A program made the translations under genes and the position numbers. A stretch of DNA of 64,000 nt, taken from Eledone cirrhosa. Lineage: Eukaryota. Shown piece after piece: positions 1 to 12,224 of the stretch. Where the stretch lies: the NCBI GenBank assembly GCA_964016885.1, contig OZ024742.1:199640001-199704000 (forward strand), in the 5' to 3' direction. Positions within the stretch are counted from its first letter, which is position 1. Each line of letters begins with the position of its first letter. The notes under the pieces are model-generated. The model saw nothing but the letters and a program-made list of their open reading frames with translations, was not told the DNA's origin and searched no databases.

Positions 1-704
1 GCCATGGCCTACAGCATCATGCAAAATCTCATTGAAACCTACGTTAACAATACACGGCTCTGTGGAATGCTCAGCCACTTTCATGTTAATTTCACGAGCA
101 GGAAATTCCATTGATCGAAACAACTAGAACCTTCGTCGTCGTAACTGACGAAAGTCCAACAAACTAAAAACGATGCATGCGCTAAACTGAACATTCGACT
201 CATTAATTATTCCACAGAAGCATGTACCTTTAATGTATATCTCAGGGAGATTCAGCGTGACACTGTGTGACAAGGCTGAACCTTTGAGTTAAATGTACAA
301 TCCATCTTGTGTGGCTGAGTATTCCACAGTTGCATGTAATTCTCAAAACGAATCAGTGCAAAACAATATGGTGTTGTCTAGCTTGGTTATAGTGTAAGTG
401 GTTGAGTATTCCAGATATTTGCACCATCAACATTATTCTTAAACCGAATCCGTGTGACACCATAAGACCAAATTGGAACTTCTAAATTATAGATACAATC
501 CAGCCGAGAGGCTTCCACATATTCCCACCTATCCAATTCCATTCACAAGGTTTAGGTTGAACCAAAGACACTTGCCTGTTAGATCAAGATCCAGGATCTC
601 ATGATTGCAAAGCGAGGTTCTTAACGATCCAATCATGCCTACGTCTACGTCTCTGAGAGTATTGTTGGATTCAATAAAGAATAAACATGTTTATATTATT
701 AAAA

Positions 705-1097
705 GGCGGTGGTTTGGCAGTATCGGTAGAGCGTCAGATACCATGCTTTGCAGCATAGTTATGGCCCTTTGTGTTCTGAGTTCAAATTCGCCGAGGTTAA
801 CTTTGCCTTTCATCCTTACGGGGTCGATAACATAAAGAACCAGTGGTGCACTGGGATAATTGCTGGCCTTGTGCCAAAAATAGAAACTTCCGAGGTTAAC
901 TTTGCCTTTCATCCTTACGGGGTCGATAACATAAAGTACCAGTGGTGCACTGGGGTAATCGCTGGCCTTGTGCCAAAAGTAGAAACTTCCGAGGTTCACT
1001 TTGCCTTTCATCCTTACGGGGTCGATAAAATAAAGTACCAGTAATGTACTGGTATAATTGCTGGCCTTGTGCCAAAAATAGAAACAATTATTAAAAG
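705..1097 (+). mobile_element. tRNA-derived SINE (family S1) with its 3' ~99-bp part triplicated
   Basis: A-box-like TGGCAGTATCGG, B-box-like GAGTTCAAAT and core GCCTTTCATCCTTACGGGGTCGATAA repeated 3x; ends AGAAACAATTA; TSD ATTATTAAAAG on both sides. Confidence 0.85.
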
Positions 1098-1425
1098 ATT
1101 AACTTTTGTTATGAATTCAAACAATTTGTACAATGTACGAATTAACAATTAAAGGGACTTGAACCGTGTCACCAATTTGTTATTGTTATTGTTGTTTTTG
1201 GTTAGCCTCGGAACATCCATGATTTGCTGACTTATTCTCAGTCATTGTAACCGGGATCTTACATGAGTGCATACATGTGATTGTTTATATTAGCGTAAAG
1301 AGAAGGCACGGTTTTAACACATGACGTGCCTTGGGCAGTTAAAACTTGGCGGAACTCATCACTCTTCAATTTGCCGATTTCTTCCACAGAAAGAAAGCTA
1401 GATAGAGCGAGAGAGAGATAGAGAT

Positions 1426-1458
<33 letters not shown>

Positions 1459-1505
1459 GAGGGGACGAAGAATTGACAGCTACTTATCGTATATGTATAT
1501 GTATA

Positions 1506-1575
<70 letters not shown>

Positions 1576-1972
1576 CATATACATATACATGGTGGCTGCC
1601 AACTCGTTTTCGAGTACGGCCACTACTTTATATCCATGTAGGAGAACCCCTACCGATGCGCTGAACGAGTGTGACTTTTTAGTCCAGCCAGCGACTTGAA
1701 AACTCTGGTACAAACACTACACTTGTGACTATTACTGACACATAGTGCTGGGCCCATGGTACCATGTGACGACAAGTGCAGAAAGATCTCCAGAAATATA
1801 GCAATGCCTGTGCCGTGAAGCTTTTACAGTGAGCAAAGGCAGTGCACAAAGCCAGTCCCACTCTCTTAACCAAGATTATATTTACCAAAAAGAAGAACAA
1901 GTCAACATCATTGGATACCATCAGGGTTGCAGGTGTTATATCAGAGTTTTCCTTCTCCTAGAATTCTGCCTT

Positions 1973-2085
<113 letters not shown>

Positions 2086-2720
2086 CTATATACACACATA
2101 CACACAAATATACACACACATACATACGCTGCACACGTAATTCAAAGGTCCAGAATTGTCACACATTGTGTTATGCTGATTCCACCCGAGAATTACGTTA
2201 AAGGTACACGTGTCTGTGGAATATTCCGCCACTTACAATACATAATTAAATCACTACGAAGTTCGGTTGATCGGAATAACTAGAATATACTCATCGTCGA
2301 AGCTGACGGAGACTCATTTCCTTACCCTTTTCTTATTTTCTTTATTTAACTTATTAACTGGATATCCTACATTCAAATGAGGTCAAGGATGTTTATGCAA
2401 TTACTAGCAGTACAGGCCTAGATATGTGAGCAGTTGTGGGTCTTTCTCGAATTTTATAGAGATTAGGAAACTGAACAGAGTTGACGTGATTTCTTGCCGT
2501 TACGAACATGACGGAACTCTTTAAAATGCTGAGTCATTAGAATGTCGGATAGAATGAAAGCTTTGCAATATTTGTTGTTTCTCTACGTTCTGAATTTAAT
2601 TCTGATCAAGGTCAACTTTGCCTTGTATTCCTTTCGGGATCGATACAGTATAACTTGCCAGACCAATATAGGCATCGATTCTTTTACTCTTACTTCGCTT
2701 TATTTTCCTCTCTCCTGATC

Positions 2721-2806
<86 letters not shown>

Positions 2807-2812
2807 ATATTA

Positions 2813-2879
<67 letters not shown>

Positions 2880-3097
2880 TTTCTGAATTTGTTTAGCAAG
2901 ATTCTTTATCTGAAATCGTGTGTTGAAACCGATATTGTTATACTTTGGGAGGGTCATGTTGCCAATAAGAAACACACGCACCAGTTGCTTTCACTTCAAT
3001 TTATTATATATTTATAAATTTATAAATTTACAAATCTACAAACTTATAAATTTCTGGTTGGTTGGTTGGTTCCACAACCAGATAGTTGTTTATATAT

Positions 3098-3142
3098 AGT
3101 CATAGTCCTTTCGTCACACACTCTGTGACCTCTTCAGTGACT
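3098..3142 (-). ncRNA. minimal type I hammerhead ribozyme in pLTR
   Basis: Minus strand reads AGTCA CTGAAGA G GTCAC(agagtgt)GTGAC GAAA GGAC TA TGACT; stems I and II pair. Confidence 0.75.
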
Positions 3143-3427
3143 GGGGATTCCTTTCTTCGTTTCTGTGCCTTTTCTTTCTTCTATCCTACGCCATTTTGTT
3201 TCTGTGTGTGTGTTGTGTGCTCAGTTTGCGCATGTGCCACATCCGGGTGTCTGTGTGTGTTTGTGTTCATTTTTCTATTTTTCTATTTGTTTATTTATTT
3301 ATTGTTGGTTGGTTGTTTGTTCTATGTGTGTGTGTGTTTACATTTTGTCCTGTGTGTGTTTTCATTTTGTGTGTGTTTTCAATTGTAAGTTGTTTGTTCT
3401 ATGTGTGTGTGTGTTTTCATTTTGTCC

Positions 3428-5965
3428 TTAATTGTAAGTTGTGATGTTGCTGTTCCACTCATATTTTCTATTTAATTTTGGTTTTAATTCTTTTATGCTT
3501 ACTGCCTCTGTAATTTGCCTAAACATTGCGTCTTTTCTGTGCGTGGATTCTATTTTTATTTCTATGCTCTCTAATCTACCCCTGTGTTCTATCTTAGCAT
3601 GTTGGTAGAGCACAGATGATTCTTTATTATCTTGGAGGTCTCGCCAGTGTTCATTTATTCGTTCCCCTATACTACGAGCTGTCTCACCTATGTACACTAT
3701 ATTTTTGTTTCTACATTGTCCTTCAGTACATCTTATGCTATACACTACATTTCTAGTTTTACAGTTAATATGGGGGCTTATTTTACAGGTTATACATTTC
3801 TTATCTATACATGAGGGTCTTTGGAACGGGTATGTCTTGCTAATAAGTGTTTTTACGGAGGTACCAGGTCTTTCTACTATCTTAATATTGAGGTTATGTT
3901 TATTTAGGGCCCTTCTAAATTTGTAGGCTAGTTCGCCTCTAGGGGTTGTATTGATGAACATTACACTCTGGTATTTATTGCTATCATACCATGAGTTTAT
4001 TTTATTGGCCTTGTTCCTAGTTCTTTCTATTCTATTCCAAAATTTGCTCCTATACAAGGGGCAGGTCCCATTTATGTCATTATTTACCATTTTTTCCCAT
4101 TTGGTTCTGGCTCCTTTATACACTCTGATTCTATCTCTCTGATTGTAGCCAGAGAACTGCATACGGTAGATGAAGTGTTGTATGTCTCTCTCTAGTTCTT
4201 CGGGGTTGCACATGCGGGACACATTTCTCATCACCCGTACCAAATCCGCAATCAGTATGTTGATTTTGGTATGGTCCGAAATGGCCGAGTTTCGGTGGAT
4301 CAGATGTTTGGAAGTCATGGGTTTGGCATAATGGGAATGGAGGATTTGTTTTTGGTTGTTAATGGTATCTAACCAGAGCTCTGTGTCTAGTACAGGTAAT
4401 CGATGGTTGGGGTGTCTACTTGGGTAGTCTATAGTAACTCTAATGCTCTGGTGGATGGAGTTTGCTATTTGCTGGATGCTTTCCATTGTGTTTTTCTCTA
4501 GTTCCTGACTGTTCTTTAGTGGGGGTGTCTTAACTACGATGTTTATATCATCTACGTAGCGGGAGTACATTATCAGGGTTAAGCTGTCTTCTAATTGTTC
4601 ATTAAGTTTTTGTTTAAGTCTACTATCCCACCATACCATGAATAAGTTAGCTATGTCGCCTGCAATGCTAACACCAATGGCTGCTCCTTCCTCTTGGGCA
4701 TATGTTTTACCATTAAATTTGAACATATGTTCCTTAAGGGTTAATTTTATGCTGGCCCCTACCGCATGTGCAATCATTTTCTTCAGTTCGTCGTGGTTTT
4801 CGGGTGTCCGTATGGCTCTGGTCCACCCGTTCCATCTATCTGTGTGGGTTTTCTTGGCCATTGAGGTAATGGTAGGTGGTCTGCCTCTTGCTGGTCTTGT
4901 AGGGCACAGGTTGCTAAGGTCATAAGTGTCTAGGTAACTATTACTATGGGTAAGCTTAAGTAGAAGTCCCAGCTCACTGGTATCAATCCCACGGAACTCA
5001 ACCTTGCTCTCGCTGATCATTTCTACGCATTTCTCCACAGCAAAATCCACGTCAATAGATGGATACAGGGACACAACATCCATACTGCCTATTATACAGT
5101 TTGTTAGGTCCCCAGATCGGTTACCCGCGCCGATTCTGCTGAGGAGGTCCTCAGTGCTGTCACACACATCTGGGGACATCTCAATGATGGGGCGTATGAT
5201 CAGGGAGAGGAAGTAGGACAGTCTGTAGTTACTAGCAATGTTAGCCCCACAGACTGGTCGTGTTGGTGGTCCCGTGACAGGGTCCCAGCCCGTTTTATGG
5301 TCTTTTCGAAGCCCATACAACGCCGGCACGTCATTGTTCCAGGCCTGGAAGTTGTTGGCAGTCCTTTTGTTGGGCTGCATTATATTTGTCCACATCACCA
5401 TATGGGCATTGAGGGCTTTTTCTCTATCCTCATGCTCCTGTGGTGTTACCTCTCTTGTGTTAGTGATGTGGGGTTGCATTGCCTGGATGTAGTTTGGCAG
5501 GCTGTCGACCGACATTCTGCCAGACTTGTCTGTTGGAAAACATGCTATCTCTCCATTACGCGAGCGCTGCATGAGCTTACGCAAGCCATTTGCAGATTCT
5601 TCTCCCAGTTGCTGGGCCTCTATTCTATTATGCTTCTTGCTATACTGTTCTATAATATTTCTAAGTTCGGATTTAGCTATACTAAATTGTGCTTCTGTTT
5701 GTTCATCGACCTGCGACGGCAACTGCGTGCGTTTGTTAAATGGCAAAGTCGTGGCGTGGACTCGTCGTAGGTCGAATGATTTATCGGAGGGGTTATAAAA
5801 CGGAGAGTTCCAGGCTGCTGCTTTATGTGTACTAGTGCTATTATTATTGTTAGTTGTGTTATGTCTATTTCTATTTCCACCAGCAGCCTCAGCTTCATGG
5901 TTGTTTCTATGTCTCTCATAATTACTCCTGTCTCTTTCCACTGGCTCATTGTTGTTATCTACCAT
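3428..5965 (-). CDS. Penelope-like reverse transcriptase + GIY-YIG endonuclease (uninterrupted; true N-terminus missing)
   Basis: Motifs TDKSG, LYGLRKDHK, GSMDVVSLYPSI, GAAIG..IANLFM, RYVDD, LPVLD, Cys linker CIDKKCITC..C, NVVYSIRC..YIGETAR, EAVSIKELKPKLN. Confidence 0.93.
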   Translation of the reverse strand: MVDNNNEPVERDRSNYERHRNNHEAEAAGGNRNRHNTTNNNNSTSTHKAAAWNSPFYNPSDKSFDLRRVHATTLPFNKRTQLPSQVDEQTEAQFSIAKSELRNIIEQYSKKHNRIEAQQLGEESANGLRKLMQRSRNGEIACFPTDKSGRMSVDSLPNYIQAMQPHITNTREVTPQEHEDREKALNAHMVMWTNIMQPNKRTANNFQAWNNDVPALYGLRKDHKTGWDPVTGPPTRPVCGANIASNYRLSYFLSLIIRPIIEMSPDVCDSTEDLLSRIGAGNRSGDLTNCIIGSMDVVSLYPSIDVDFAVEKCVEMISESKVEFRGIDTSELGLLLKLTHSNSYLDTYDLSNLCPTRPARGRPPTITSMAKKTHTDRWNGWTRAIRTPENHDELKKMIAHAVGASIKLTLKEHMFKFNGKTYAQEEGAAIGVSIAGDIANLFMVWWDSRLKQKLNEQLEDSLTLIMYSRYVDDINIVVKTPPLKNSQELEKNTMESIQQIANSIHQSIRVTIDYPSRHPNHRLPVLDTELWLDTINNQKQILHSHYAKPMTSKHLIHRNSAISDHTKINILIADLVRVMRNVSRMCNPEELERDIQHFIYRMQFSGYNQRDRIRVYKGARTKWEKMVNNDINGTCPLYRSKFWNRIERTRNKANKINSWYDSNKYQSVMFINTTPRGELAYKFRRALNKHNLNIKIVERPGTSVKTLISKTYPFQRPSCIDKKCITCKISPHINCKTRNVVYSIRCTEGQCRNKNIVYIGETARSIGERINEHWRDLQDNKESSVLYQHAKIEHRGRLESIEIKIESTHRKDAMFRQITEAVSIKELKPKLNRKYEWNSNITTYN

Positions 5966-6409
5966 ATTTTGTGTGTCTGTGTGTTCGTCTTGGTTATTCT
6001 CTTTGTCCTTAGTCTCCCATCTCCTTTTCCTTTTAATCCTATTACTTTCTCTTATTTCTCTGATTTCTGTGCTGCATTACTTGTTTTCTGTGTCTGTGTG
6101 TTTGTTAAGATTGTGGTGGTGGTGAGAGGCATTGAATGCGTGTGTGTTGTTGTTGTTGATGTGTGTTGACTATGACTATATATATAAACAACTATCTGGT
6201 TGTGGAACCAACCAACCAACCAGAAATTTATAAGTTTGTAGATTTGTAAATTTATAAATTTATAAATATATAATAAATTGAAGTGAAAGCAACTGGTGCG
6301 TGTGTTTCTTATTGGCAACATGACCCTCCCAAAGTATAACAATATATATATATATATATGATATACACATAATTTATATATATATATATATATATATGAT
6401 ATACACATA

Positions 6410-6530
<121 letters not shown>

Positions 6531-6537
6531 CATATAC

Positions 6538-6588
<51 letters not shown>

Positions 6589-6597
6589 ATACACATA

Positions 6598-6643
<46 letters not shown>

Positions 6644-6650
<7 letters not shown>

Positions 6651-7347
6651 TATGTAGACGTACATACATATATGTATACAGACGTACAGTAGTATGTATA
6701 TATATATATATACATACATGCACACATATATATATATGTACGTATGGATTCACCGAACATTTATTATAATGCACGTACATATATATATATGTGTGCATGT
6801 ATGTATATATATATACATACTACTGTACGTCTGTATACATATATGTATGTACGTGTACATACTTATATTTAAGTAACAGCCGTACTAAGAGTGAGAAATG
6901 AAATTTCGTTTCATTTTTTCCGTTTATCGTTTTCGGTGCACCCGGCCGATTAACCCACTCGATATGCAAATTGGGCTACTCAGCCGTTAATATGCATAAG
7001 GTAAGTATATACGTTCAACAATCTGGCAGGAAGGTATACGTTGCTGACGATAGCTAATAAGCTTGAAACTAATACAGCGTTCCTTTATCAGTGTTGAACA
7101 AACGAGCAACGATGGTTGCTGGACACTACGGCTTAATACGGGATGTTTCTTTACAAACACACCGAGCAATATAATAAATGTTCGGTGAATCCATACGTAC
7201 ATATATATATATGTGTGCATGTATGTATATATATATATATACATACTACTGTACGTCTGTATACATATATGTATGTACGTCTACATACTTATATTTAAGT
7301 AACAGCCGTACTAAGCGTGGGAAATGAAATTTCGTTTCATTTTTTCC

Positions 7348-7352
<5 letters not shown>
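6644..7352 (+). mobile_element. non-coding HHR element family R1 (retrozyme / non-autonomous Penelope-like), copy 1
   Basis: ~420-bp unit plus partial direct repeat (6773-6926 = 7194-7352); inverted copy 6644-6768 of 7170-7293; (TA)n flanks; homologous to 51627-52148. Confidence 0.8.
7038..7080 (+). ncRNA. hammerhead ribozyme motif (R1)
   Basis: ACGTTG CTGACGA T AGCT(aata)AGCT T GAAA CTAA TA CAGCGT. Confidence 0.75.
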
Positions 7353-7386
<34 letters not shown>

Positions 7387-7394
7387 ATACACAT

Positions 7395-7446
<52 letters not shown>

Positions 7447-7470
7447 CATATATATAGATACATATATATA

Positions 7471-7560
7471 GTAGAAGCCATTTATACAATATCTCTCTAT
7501 ATATATCATATTGTATAAATGGCTTCTACTCGTCTAGAACCGTTTCAATCATCAGGAAAT
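7471..7560. repeat. 22-bp-arm fold-back next to a deleted HHR remnant; related sequence at 20997-21056
   Basis: GTAGAAGCCATTTATACAATAT...ATATTGTATAAATGGCTTCTAC; minus strand CTGATGA..GAAAC. Confidence 0.5.
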
Positions 7561-7623
7561 AATATATATGTAAATGAGAAAGTTTGTTTAGACAATTTTC
7601 TATAGTCTAAATACAGCGAAACC

Positions 7624-7736
<113 letters not shown>

Positions 7737-7778
7737 AATAAATATACACGGGTGTGTATGATTGTGTATAGAAGATTC

Positions 7779-8135
7779 TATTAATAAAAGGAATTCCAAA
7801 TGTGTCTCGTTAAATTTACAATGATATTATAATGAAATAGTATGGTAGAATATTAAATGTTAAGTGTTAGTTGAACAAGTACTGTCATGCTTTCGCAATC
7901 TTTAGGTGACAGTCAAGTTTCAACTGTTGAAAATTGCAAACAGTTGAAAATTGCAAACTTGACTGTCACCACTGAATATGAACCTGAAGATTGCGAAAGC
8001 ATGAAAGTACTTGTTCAATTAACACTTAACATTTAATATTCTACCATACTATTTCATTATAATATCATTATAATTTTAAAGGATTGTAAATAAAACGAGT
8101 AAATCAGACAAAGTTGGGATTCCTTTTATTAATAT
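7779..8135. mobile_element. fold-back HHR element (family R2) in (TA)n
   Basis: Arms ~7779-7920 and ~7956-8135 are reverse complements with indels; the loop has a duplicated GTTGAAAATTGCAAAC. Confidence 0.8.
7979..8017 (+). ncRNA. hammerhead ribozyme motif (R2)
   Basis: TGAAC CTGAAGA T TGC(gaaa)GCA T GAAA GTAC TT GTTCA; perfect stem I and palindromic stem III AGTACT. Confidence 0.8.
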
Positions 8136-9111
8136 ATATATATATAAATTTTGAGTTTATGTTGGTTGTTTACCGACACCTCAGTGTGCAGATTGGAGCA
8201 CTTGACGAAGTACGCAGGTTGGTTTGTTTACTCCGGAGTAATGTAAAATAACCATGTTAAACCATGTTAAATTTGGCTTCGTTTATTATAAATTCTCTGC
8301 TATATATATTTCAGTGACAGCTATTATAGGTTGTTACTTTATCAGGCAGTACGAATTAATGTAGAAAAAACAGGTAAACATGTTGTTGAAATGTGTTCCA
8401 CTCTGTCAATTCATCTATATGTCCAGCTCCTGGGTGTGTTGTTAGTCCTCCTAGGAACTGGAATCATATGAGCTAGAACAAACGAATTTCAGCGTCAGAG
8501 GACACGCTCATAGCCCATTGGTCAGTAATGTTGAACCCTCCGTCGGTTCCGACGAATGTTTAAATTATTCGAAAATGGAACCATCTGCTCATAAAATTAA
8601 TGTGAAAGTTGCGAAGTATTACAATAAAGTAGGTGTCAGAGGGATTACGTGTGCAGCAAGTATAGTCCTTAGAATTATAGATACGACTTGACTTTGCCAG
8701 CTGGATGAACTGGAAATATAGTATTTTTCAGAAACCTTTATTTTACAATGTTGTTAAAGAAAAGGAACATTAAGACACACGAATTGAGTACTTTAACCCT
8801 TTAGCATTTACATTACTCTATATATACTATTATATTTTCGTGGTTAAAGCTTTATCTCACATAATATCAATGTAACCTGGTGTAACCCATCCCTCCTCCA
8901 GGTAGGAACACAGCTGATTTCTTCCAGAGAAGGAAAGAGAGAGAGTGATAGTCATAAAAAAACACAGTGGAAGAATCGACCCCATTACTGGATTAATATT
9001 TTATTTATCGATCTCCAAAGGTAGATATTTAACCAATGAAGAGTATATATCAAATTAACTACACAATGTATATATGGAAAAATATCACATGATCCACATG
9101 ACAGGGGCAAT

Positions 9112-9213
9112 GTGTCCGAACACGGAAGAGTCGAACTCTCACTGTCATCGCCTCCATCTCTCTCGCCCTCCCAATCTCTCTGTATTGTGAGCAAATGGGG
9201 TCCCACGTGCTGG
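9112..9213. repeat. dispersed repeat of unknown class; inverted homolog at ~33064-33164
   Basis: ~100-bp reverse-complement similarity (CGCCTCCATCTCTCTCGCCCTCCC...GTCCCACGTGCTGG). Confidence 0.65.
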
Positions 9214-9229
9214 ACAGAGAAATGCAAAG

Positions 9230-11435
9230 TTCATTTCAGCGGGATTTGAACTCAGAGTGCAGTGAACTGGAACAATCGTTTAATCTGACGCCTCTAACGA
9301 CTATGCCAATTCACCATCTTTTATATTGCTAAAACTAGGTTAAAAGTCTTTAACAACATGACAGCTATTATATATTACTTTTCTTGAATGACCTTGTACA
9401 GAGTTAAAAAACATAGCTTTAACAAACCTAATACAATCTGTCAGCAATAAGTTATTATAATTATTCCAGCTGTTCTACCATTAATACCAACATCATCTCC
9501 AGACCTCCATCATAGCATCAATTGAATAAATTTCCATAAAAAAAAGAGCTTTAGGAAAGCAAGAAAGAAAATATATGGTTTCTAATTTAGGCAGAAGACC
9601 AGCAATTTTGGAGGATGGGGAGTTGGTTAAATAGACATCACCATACGACCATTACTTTAGCTTATCGACCTCGGAGAAATGAAAGATAAAGTTGGCCTCG
9701 GTGGGATTTGAACTCAGAACATAAAGGGCCGGAACAAATACTGCAATGACAATTTATCCAACGGTCTACCATTTTTGCTAATTCATCACCCCCACAGAAA
9801 GAACATATATGTGGTTTCAGTTTCCTTTATTTACTTTCCTACATAATTTATAATACAGGCGGCGAAGTGGTAGAGTTGTTAGAGCATCAGGTAGACCACG
9901 TGGAATATTTGTACACTAAGTTTCAAATACCGCCAAGATCAATTTTGCCTTTCATATTTTTGAAATCGATAAATAAAGTACCAATCTACTACCGGGATCA
10001 ATTCTTCTTCTATATATCTTTCTCACTTCTCTCTCCTACTATATCTCTCTCTTCCCTTTTCTGTCTCTTTATATTTCTCTAGAAGAAACGGCTGTGTTCT
10101 GACCTGAGGAGGGATGGGCTCCGCCAGATTGAAATATCCAACGCACATTATATGTTAATACGGCACCACTGCGACTCCATCAGAATATAAGAGACCATAG
10201 ATGGGATAGCTTATAATTGTTTCTACATTTGGCACAAGGCCAGCAATTATTCCAGTGTGTAACTGGTACTTTATTTTATCGATCCCGTAAGTATGAAAGG
10301 TAAAGTTAACCTCGGCGGGATTTGAACTCAGACCATAAAGGGACGTAACTCTTTGCTGCAAAGCATGGCGTCCGACCCTCTACCAATACTGATGCTATGC
10401 TGTTCCGCCAGTGGTAATATTGGTACATTCAATAACAAGAGATTTAACAGTCTTGTCTTTGACTATTTCAAGGTTTACACCAGAGATTCCTAAAGTAGTC
10501 AATATCGAACCCCAGGTGGTCAATTGACCTTTTGTGTCAAAATCTAATAGGAATCTATAGGAAATGAAAATATATAAAATAATTATTTCTAATTTTGACA
10601 CAAGGCCAGTACTCTTGGAGGGGGGGAAAGTCGATTAACTCGACCTCAGTATTTTACTGGGACTTAATTTTATCGACACCAGAAAGATGAAAGACAAAGT
10701 TGACCTCGGTGGGACTTGAACTTAGAATGTAAAGAGCCAGGTACTTAGCATGTTCTGAGTTCAAATCCTGCCGAGGTCAACTTTGTCTTTCATCCTTCTA
10801 GGGTCGATAAAATAAAGTATCAGTAAAGTAGTGTGGCCGATATCATCGACTTTCCTCTTCCCATAGATAGCTGATCTTGTGCCAATATTAGAAAGAAAAT
10901 ACATCAAATAATTGTTTCTACATTTGGCACAAGGCCAGCAATTACCCAGTGCATTACTGGTACTTTATTTTATCGACCCCGTAAGGATGAAAGGCAAAGT
11001 TAACCTCGACGGGATTTGAACTCAGACCGTAAAATGACATAACTATGCTGGAAAGCATTGGCGCCCGACCCTCTACCGATACTGCCAATCAAATAATACA
11101 ATAAAATACAACTTATTTATACAGGTTTCTAATTCATATATAATTAGTCTTTATTGTCTATTTATTTTATATTCTGTTTACTAATATATTTACTTTAGGG
11201 CGGTGGATTGACAGTATCGGTAGAGCGTCACACAACATGCTTTATGGAAGAGAGTTACGGCCCTTCATGATCTGAGTTCTGGCTCTTTATGTTCTGAGTT
11301 CAAATCCTGCCGAGGTCAACTTTGCCCTTCAGCCTTAAGAACTCGATAAAATAAAGTACCAGTAATGCACAGGGGTCGATTTAATCGACTTTCCCTTTCC
11401 CCTAAATTGTTGGCCTTGTGCCTGAATCAGAAATC
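9230..11435. mobile_element. cluster of ~8 S1 SINE copies in both orientations (approx. 9230-9320-, 9575-9790-, 9860-10000+, 10212-10400-, 10580-10740-, 10750-10895+, 10908-11090-, 11198-11435+)
   Basis: Repeated GAGTTCAAATCC/GGATTTGAACTC and GCCTTTCATCC..GGTCGATAAAATAAAGTACCAG motifs. Confidence 0.85.
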
Positions 11436-11589
11436 AATTTACTTATCTATCTTTGTACATGTCTGAGGTATATGAGGTGTCAAGTGTTTAAGTGTTTGAT
11501 GGTCTAAAAAAATGTCTTCCACTACAATAGGACGTTACATGAAACAAAAATTGTTTGACGGAAAGAATTTATTCATATATATATATATA

Positions 11590-11780
11590 TAAAAATCTAA
11601 ACTATAATAAAGTAAGAAGCGCGGGACTGCGTACGGTTTATAATTTTTTATCCCCTTAGTAAAATAAGTTGGATTATTTTGAATAAATAATGAATGAATA
11701 TTACATAATTTATCTACTAAATTTTGTGGCTGTTCATTAAATATATTTTATTACTTATTTAAAGATTCATTTCTTTAACA
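11590..11780 (-). repeat. dispersed repeat ending at (TA)n; homolog at 50230-50612
   Basis: Reverse complement of 50230-50612 once the SINE there is removed. Confidence 0.65.
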
Positions 11781-11865
11781 TTTTCAAATGTCAACACTTC
11801 CGGTTAGCGATCGTTTAAATAAATATTCATATATTTCTGTCACTAATTTTCTTCTAATGAAGTTT

Positions 11866-12224
11866 ATATATAATATCGTCTTTTTTTAATGTATCATGGA
11901 TTACGTTACTGATTACATAAGACAGTGTAACACAGTCTTCGTTCAATTTCTGTGTATATTGTCAATTACGATTTTATTTGATCATATCTACATGCATATA
12001 TACTTGCATATAATATCAATATACACACTACACATGCTAGCAGATATATAATGTCGTCTTTTTTTAATGTTTCATGGATTACGTTACTGATTACATAAGA
12101 AGTGTAACACAGTCTTCGTTCAGTTTCTGTGTATATTGTCAATTACGATTTTATTTGATGTATCATATCTACATGCATATATACTTGCATATAATATCAA
12201 TATACACAGTACACATGCTAGCAG
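11866..12224. repeat. ~178-bp tandem duplication
   Basis: 11866-12043 closely matches 12044-12224. Confidence 0.85.

Larger units (their letters stand above)
2876..6343 (-). mobile_element. Penelope-like retroelement copy 1 (Neptune-type), 5'-truncated, with inverted partial pLTR, inserted in (TA)n
   Basis: RT+GIY-YIG ORF; 2933-3107 is the reverse complement of 6168-6343; ~57-bp tail 2876-2932 on one side only; (TA)n on both flanks. Confidence 0.93.

Noticed and set aside
691-1011. Repeated-domain 106-aa ORF
   Set aside because: Antisense reading of a triplicated 99-bp SINE segment.
2933-6343. DNA transposon with TIRs
   Set aside because: The enclosed ORF is RT+GIY-YIG, arm lengths differ between copies and the tail is asymmetric, so these are inverted pLTRs.
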